A stretch of DNA of 11,026 nt. Origin: Candidatus Undinarchaeota archaeon (GTDB lineage Archaea; SpSt-1190). Positions 6,099 through 11,026 of this stretch are shown piece after piece. Location of the stretch: positions 1 through 11,026 of the forward strand of contig CAZJUS010000027.1 of assembly GCA_964549355.1 (NCBI GenBank), read 5' to 3'. The notes under the pieces were generated by a model. That model was not told where the DNA came from, did not search any database, and worked only from the letters and a program-made list of their open reading frames with translations. Position numbers and translations under genes: made by a program. Every line of letters begins with the position of its first letter. The stretch's first letter is position 1.

Positions 6099-6926
6099 AT
6101 GGGAAAGGCTGAAAGGACTGAAAACGCAAAGCGACTGGCAGAGGAGTTCAAGTCAGCCAAGACCCTGGCTGTTGCCGAAATCGGAAGACTGCCCTCACGG
6201 CAGTTCCAGATTATCAGGCGCGCACTCAGGAAGGATGCAAAGATAAAGGTTGTGAAAAAAAGCACGCTCGAGCATGCCCTGAAAAATGCCTCTTTTGATT
6301 TTGAAGCACGTGTTGGCAGTCCGGCAGTCATCCAAAGTGAATTGGACCCGTTCGAGCTGTTCAAAGCTTTGAAAAATCTGAGGGTGGAAATCCCCGCCAA
6401 GCCGGGCATGGTGGCGACTGAAGACATCGTGGTGAAAGAAGGGGGGACGGGCCTGCCTCCCGGACCGGACATCGGCGTCCTGCAGGATGCAGGCATTCCG
6501 GCCAAAATAGAAAAAGGCCAAATCAAGGTCATAAAAGACCATGTCATACTCAAGCAGGGGGAGGAAGTGACTCCCAAGATTGCAAACGCGCTCAGCAAGC
6601 TGGGCATAAAACCTTTTGAAGCGGGTCTCGAAATCCAGGCCGCCTTCGAGGGTGGCATGAAATTTGCCAGAGACGTACTCGACATAGACGTAGACCAAGT
6701 TCGCAGAGACATAGAAACCGTTGCTTCCGAAGCCTTCCGGATGGCTTACAACATAAGCTATCCGGTCCCGAAAATTATTGAAATGAAGGCCCGGCAGGCC
6801 GGCTCCGAAGCCCGCTTGCTGGCCCTGAAGCTTGAGTGGGTCGCTGAAGACACCGTGGGTGTTTTGGTGGCCCGAGCTAATACACAAGCTCAATCTTTGA
6901 TGAAAAAAATTGGAGGTGGATCATAA
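6099..6926 (+). CDS. rpl10: 50S ribosomal protein uL10 / acidic P0 (archaeal type), 275 aa, no acidic C-terminal tail
   Basis: LPSRQFQIIRRALR N-domain; archaeal/eukaryotic insertion domain AKPG…DIVVKEGGTGLPPGP…GIPAKIEKGQIKV…LSKLGIKP; C-terminal spine helices; position between rpl1 and rpl12. Confidence 0.95.
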   Translation: MGKAERTENAKRLAEEFKSAKTLAVAEIGRLPSRQFQIIRRALRKDAKIKVVKKSTLEHALKNASFDFEARVGSPAVIQSELDPFELFKALKNLRVEIPAKPGMVATEDIVVKEGGTGLPPGPDIGVLQDAGIPAKIEKGQIKVIKDHVILKQGEEVTPKIANALSKLGIKPFEAGLEIQAAFEGGMKFARDVLDIDVDQVRRDIETVASEAFRMAYNISYPVPKIIEMKARQAGSEARLLALKLEWVAEDTVGVLVARANTQAQSLMKKIGGGS

Positions 6927-7259
6927 ATGGAATACATATACGCAGCTCTGTTGTTGCACAAGGCAGGAAAAAAAGTAGATGAAGATGCTTTAAAGCAAGT
7001 GCTCACCGCAGCCGGGGTAAAGGCAGATGATGCCAGAATCAAGGCGCTGGTAAGTGCTATCAAGGATGTTGATATTGAGGAAGCCATCAGCACGCCCGTT
7101 GCAACTGCTCCGGCGGTTGCTCCGGCAGCTGCCCCCGCACCCGCGGGTGGCAAAGCATCCGCACCTGCCGCAGAGAAAAAACAGGAGAAAAAGCCCGAGG
7201 AAGACGAAGGCAAAAAGGAAGAAGAAGCTGCTGCAGGACTTGCCGCACTCTTCGGCTGA
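6927..7259 (+). CDS. rpl12: Ribosomal stalk protein aP1 / L12p, 110 aa
   Basis: [12 protein letters not shown]-terminus, Ala/Pro hinge, acidic stretch and C-terminal [20 protein letters not shown] at 6913-6920. Confidence 0.98.
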   Translation: MEYIYAALLLHKAGKKVDEDALKQVLTAAGVKADDARIKALVSAIKDVDIEEAISTPVATAPAVAPAAAPAPAGGKASAPAAEKKQEKKPEEDEGKKEEEAAAGLAALFG

Positions 7260-7302
7260 TGCCCGCAGTTTTCGCGGGTGCCTTTTTTTCTTTTTATTTT
7301 TG
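7260..7302 (+). terminator. Hairpin plus oligo-T transcription terminator of the r-protein operon
   Basis: TGCCCGC(7260-7266)/GCGGGTG(7274-7280) stem (CCCGC/GCGGG plus two G·U pairs), followed by CCTTTTTTTCTTTTTATTTTT, immediately after the rpl12 stop. Confidence 0.75.
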
Positions 7303-7320
7303 AAATTTTTGGGAATACCC

Positions 7321-7328
7321 TTTTATAT
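7321..7328 (+). promoter_or_regulatory. TATA box of the large surface-protein gene (probably leaderless mRNA)
   Basis: TTTTATAT lies 20-27 nt upstream of GTG 7348, the same spacing as at mre11. Confidence 0.6.
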
Positions 7329-7347
7329 CACGGATTGAAGGTTTTCT

Positions 7348-10300
7348 GTGAAGAAGATACTCTTAATGGCCTTGCTACTCTTCTCAGCTTACGCCATTAA
7401 TGTAACGGTGAGCTGTTCTGGCCCTTGTTTGGCCTATCTGCCTGTAAACGGGCATGCTGAACTGAATTACACTGTAGACGGCCGGCAATTGGGAGGTATC
7501 TTCCCAAAATCATTCGAGCTGACGCTCAACGGCACCGAAAAAAACACATTCATCATCCTTGACCAAAGTGCATACGGCTGCAACTCGCCCGCCAAAGTTT
7601 TCAACAATACTGAAGTGAGTTCATACTCATCCGACGGCTTCCTGGTCTTCAGGCACAATGTCAGCTCCACCAACAGCACGGTAAAGATCTTCTGCGACGG
7701 ATACGGGCCGGAACCTGGCCAGCCAGACTGGTTTTACAGTGAAGCGCCGACTGTTGATTCGTTTTCAAACCTGACAATACACGACGGGCAGTATGTTGTG
7801 TCCGGGTTCTCAACTGTGAACAGCACACTCCTCTCCTTCAATGCCACACACCAGCTTTCAGCTGGCCGTGGAAATTTTTCAGTTGTTGAAGCCACCCCGG
7901 ACTGGTTCAATATGACGTTCTATGATTATTCAACCTTGAGCTACTTGGATTATGTCCAGGTCCAAAAAAACCAAACTTCTGTGGATCTCGCATACGGGTG
8001 GATCAATACAACATACAACGGCTCATTTGTCTGGGCAGTGTCCCACGGGAACATTTCCATTGTGAATGAAACTAATTTCGAAGTTGACACCACAATAACC
8101 AACTTCACATCAACCAGAGGAATCGCAATTGCAAATGTGAGCGGGGGCGGATACAAGGAGATAGTCGTGTGCGGGGACATAGATGGGAGCGACAAAATTC
8201 ACCGAATTCATTGGGAGCCGAACAAATGGGTTTTCAATTCAACAGCCGAATGCACTTTTGACGAGCTGGAGCCTTTCCAGACGGACGGCTACAATCAGAG
8301 CGTGGTTGGAATAAACTCAACTTCAATTGCATTCATCATGTTCAATCAAAGTTATCTGCCTGATATTTTTGTCTACAATACTGTAGCCACGGATATTGCG
8401 GTAATGGATGTGGATTCCGACGGAAGGGATGAGATCCTGCTCACCGATTCAAGCGGGCATTTGCGCATCTACAGGGTGAATTTGTCGGCAAGCCGGATAA
8501 TTGAAGAAGCCGATTATGTTGGGGATTTCGACGCAACAGCCTCAACAACCAACGGCCCAGACCTGCTCCTGTATAATGGGGACTTGGTGCAACTGAACAC
8601 TTCCGGGTTCGCAGGCGGAAATGCATCGTTGACAATGCAGTTTGAAAATTCACGGCCATTGGCCATCCACATGAATATGACATTAACAGGTCACGGGAAC
8701 ATAAGTGCAGATTTGCAGGTCGGTGATTGGACAAACCAAACCAACCTTACAGCACCTGCCAGTCAAAACCTAATTTTTTATCCGGGGACCAACGGAACAT
8801 TGCAGATAAACTTCACATTCACAGGATACAATTCAAGCTGGGATGTTGCACTTGACATGAACATAACAATAAACGGGCTCAACATTTCAAAGGGAAACGC
8901 AACCAATTACACTGCATTCACTCCGGTCAGTTTCAGCCCAAACACTACTCTATTGGCAAATCTGAACTATACACTGGTTGCTGCAAATTTCACAGATGCC
9001 ACTCATCTGAGAAGTGTCTGGATTTATCTCCCGCAAAGCGGGACCCTGGAGCTTGAGCTGAATTCGTCAACGGGGGAAAAATGGTTTTGGAAGCCCACAA
9101 TTTCCCCGACCGTCTCAACATATAAGTATGGGCAGGGGGCGGTGCAGGCCAGCCAGGCAGAATCCAATTTCACTGCACCCGTGATGCTGAACACCTCATT
9201 TGTCATTTTGCCGCAGAACATCACATACAACGCTTATGGGGTGCTGAATGATTTGTGTGCCTACAAAGAGTATATTTTGGCGGTCTGGGGCAATGCAACC
9301 CTCTACAAATGGACAGGTTCTTCGCTCTCCGAAATTGGGAACTTCACGCCGGGCTCACTGGAGCAATGCTGGCTTGCGGACAAGGTTTATGTTATGAACT
9401 CCAGCGGTGGCCTGCGGATTTACAATTATTCGCTGGGCATGGAGAACAGCTTTGTGAATTCCAGCTTTGTTTTGCAGGACTTTTTTGTTGAGGCAACAGA
9501 GTCTTACACTCTGCGGGGATGGAATGGAACTGATGTTGCACTGCTGAATCTGACTTCAAAACATTTCACGCTGGCGGGTGGAAAAGACTTCGTTTTCAAT
9601 TCACCATCACAGATACTCTCAGGCTCAACAGTGAATCTATGGGGCGAGAATGAGGTAAAAGTCCATAATGCGTTTGGATTGGATTGGATGATGGACAAGA
9701 TATGGGAAATTGTGAACAAAGGCATCTGGATAATCCGAGAAACATTCTCAAAAATTGTAAATCTGCCATGGGGGGTTTATTCAGGATTTATGAACAACAT
9801 CACCATAGGATTCACCAACGGAACTGTTTACAACTATGAATTTAATCTGCAAACACCTTCCATCGGCTCAATCAATAATTTTGTTGTGAACCAGACTTAC
9901 ACAGGAGATTATATAGCAATGAACTATTCCGACACTTTGCAGATAAACATGACGGATTCAGGGTATTATCACAATGAAACTGACTCGCTGGTTGGGTTCA
10001 ATATGAGCTGCAAAAACGCAACAACGACCTTGGATTATGAATTTACAAAGGGATACTACCATAATTTCACACTGACAACCAAAATCCTGCCGGGAGTGTT
10101 TGAATGCGAGGTTTTCCCGACCTGGGAAGTCCCGCTGCCGAAAACAATGGGAAAAAAGGCGTTTGCACTGTATTCTGACAATGCCGACCCAGTTGTGAAC
10201 AACGTAACAACCCCCGCACACATTTCATCAGATTTTGCATTCAATGTCACTGTGAATGTCACCGAAGACACAAGAATAAGCAATTTCAGCATATACACCA

Positions 10301-11026
10301 ATAAAGGGACGGCGAGCGTCCTGAATTTCTGGAAGACTGCTTCGGAACCGTATCAGATATTCACAGTTAAGGTAAAAATAGTTCATACAGTCACACACTA
10401 TGGTGAAAATGTGAGTGTGAATATGTCTGCCACAGATGTAGTGGGGAGGACCAGTCCGCAATCTGCCCCAACAGAGGTATTCATCTATAATTCGGCAGAA
10501 CCGAGTATAATTGCTCCGGTTCCGGACCCGCGGTTTGGACTCGAAAGTGAACCAATAAATGTAAATATAGCTGTAAGTTCGGATGCAAATCTTAGCTATG
10601 TGAATGCAACTTTGTGGACGGGCTCAGTCCTGGATTCATATGAGGAACAAACATCAATCTGCGGAAATACCACATCCTTATGGTTTAACCGGACAGGTTT
10701 GTCGAGTGAAAATGAGTTTAAGTTGTGGATAAATGCAACGGATATAACGGGAAATACAAATACAATCACACGAACATTCAAGAGATACCCCAATCAAACC
10801 ATCAGCATAACGGGACATTGGATTGATGCACCAACAAGTAGTGTAACTTATACTTGGAAAGAATCTTATCTTGATACTTCAGGGAACGCATATACCTACG
10901 TATACAATACCTCTGATTCGAACCCTGCCACAATAGGAATTTTGAATATAGAGGTACCAAATACCGCAGTCACCAAAATAAACTTGCGGAATACTGCATC
11001 CCAGCAGTATGTTGAATTGAAATGGG
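7348..11026 (+). CDS. Large secreted, probably heavily N-glycosylated cell-surface protein (>1226 aa, 3'-truncated by the window) with FG-GAP-like Ca-binding and Ig-like motifs
   Basis: Manual translation of frame +1 shows no stop from GTG 7348 to the window end. It is absent from the ORF track, presumably because it has no stop. Signal peptide MKKILLMALLLFSAYA|IN; N/T/S/aromatic-rich beta-strand composition; about 72 N-X-S/T sequons; DIAVMDVDSDGRDEILL at 8392-8442; ATDVVG and ATDITGN Ig-like strand motifs near the end. Confidence 0.92.
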   Translation, partial: MKKILLMALLLFSAYAINVTVSCSGPCLAYLPVNGHAELNYTVDGRQLGGIFPKSFELTLNGTEKNTFIILDQSAYGCNSPAKVFNNTEVSSYSSDGFLVFRHNVSSTNSTVKIFCDGYGPEPGQPDWFYSEAPTVDSFSNLTIHDGQYVVSGFSTVNSTLLSFNATHQLSAGRGNFSVVEATPDWFNMTFYDYSTLSYLDYVQVQKNQTSVDLAYGWINTTYNGSFVWAVSHGNISIVNETNFEVDTTITNFTSTRGIAIANVSGGGYKEIVVCGDIDGSDKIHRIHWEPNKWVFNSTAECTFDELEPFQTDGYNQSVVGINSTSIAFIMFNQSYLPDIFVYNTVATDIAVMDVDSDGRDEILLTDSSGHLRIYRVNLSASRIIEEADYVGDFDATASTTNGPDLLLYNGDLVQLNTSGFAGGNASLTMQFENSRPLAIHMNMTLTGHGNISADLQVGDWTNQTNLTAPASQNLIFYPGTNGTLQINFTFTGYNSSWDVALDMNITINGLNISKGNATNYTAFTPVSFSPNTTLLANLNYTLVAANFTDATHLRSVWIYLPQSGTLELELNSSTGEKWFWKPTISPTVSTYKYGQGAVQASQAESNFTAPVMLNTSFVILPQNITYNAYGVLNDLCAYKEYILAVWGNATLYKWTGSSLSEIGNFTPGSLEQCWLADKVYVMNSSGGLRIYNYSLGMENSFVNSSFVLQDFFVEATESYTLRGWNGTDVALLNLTSKHFTLAGGKDFVFNSPSQILSGSTVNLWGENEVKVHNAFGLDWMMDKIWEIVNKGIWIIRETFSKIVNLPWGVYSGFMNNITIGFTNGTVYNYEFNLQTPSIGSINNFVVNQTYTGDYIAMNYSDTLQINMTDSGYYHNETDSLVGFNMSCKNATTTLDYEFTKGYYHNFTLTTKILPGVFECEVFPTWEVPLPKTMGKKAFALYSDNADPVVNNVTTPAHISSDFAFNVTVNVTEDTRISNFSIYTNKGTASVLNFWKTASEPYQIFTVKVKIVHTVTHYGENVSVNMSATDVVGRTSPQSAPTEVFIYNSAEPSIIAPVPDPRFGLESEPINVNIAVSSDANLSYVNATLWTGSVLDSYEEQTSICGNTTSLWFNRTGLSSENEFKLWINATDITGNTNTITRTFKRYPNQTISITGHWIDAPTSSVTYTWKESYLDTSGNAYTYVYNTSDSNPATIGILNIEVPNTAVTKINLRNTASQQYVELKW

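Noticed and set aside
7098..7170. GCTCCGGC-type short repeats in rpl12
   Set aside because: They encode the ordinary Ala/Pro hinge of P1 and are not a DNA repeat element.
5580..7338. Minus-strand and alternate-frame ORFs over the ribosomal protein genes
   Set aside because: They overlap unambiguous r-protein genes and have no independent support.
7467..10793. Short ORFs listed in the track across the right third of the window
   Set aside because: All lie within the single uninterrupted frame +1 ORF starting at 7348.
9700..11026. Lower GC in the distal part of the surface gene as a sign of horizontal transfer or domain swap
   Set aside because: Spot counts show about 37-38% GC in several lines but no sharp boundary. 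Asn/Thr/Ile/Tyr richness could explain much of it, so a GC3 analysis would be needed.
1..11026. CRISPR array, IS/transposase, integrase, or a defence-type SMC system (e.g. Wadjet/Lamassu)
   Set aside because: No spaced repeats, terminal inverted repeats or recombinase motifs were seen. The SMC-like protein has a zinc hook and an Mre11 partner, as expected for housekeeping Rad50.

Overview
Archaeal chromosomal segment. A DPANN-like lineage is suggested by the compact, divergent proteins and the surface-protein style, but this is inference only. From left to right: an AT-rich stretch and tRNA-Ser(UGA); a convergent phosphohexomutase (PGM/PMM/GlmM)-fold gene whose catalytic motifs have all been replaced; a minus-strand mre11-rad50 pair with no herA/nurA beside it; a divergent helical hypothetical gene where rpl11 usually sits; and an rpl1-rpl10(P0)-rpl12(P1) operon ending in a hairpin plus T-tract terminator. 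The window closes with a >1226-codon secreted ORF absent from the ORF track (7348 to window end), with about 72 N-glycosylation sequons and FG-GAP-like and Ig-like motifs. The most notable observations are: (i) an apparent circularly permuted uL1-binding rRNA mimic covering the rpl1 Shine-Dalgarno; (ii) a PGM-fold pseudoenzyme with Asp at the phosphoserine position, next to Mre11/Rad50; (iii) a P0 lacking its acidic tail; and (iv) the giant glycoprotein, which has an embedded Trp-rich amphipathic helix.
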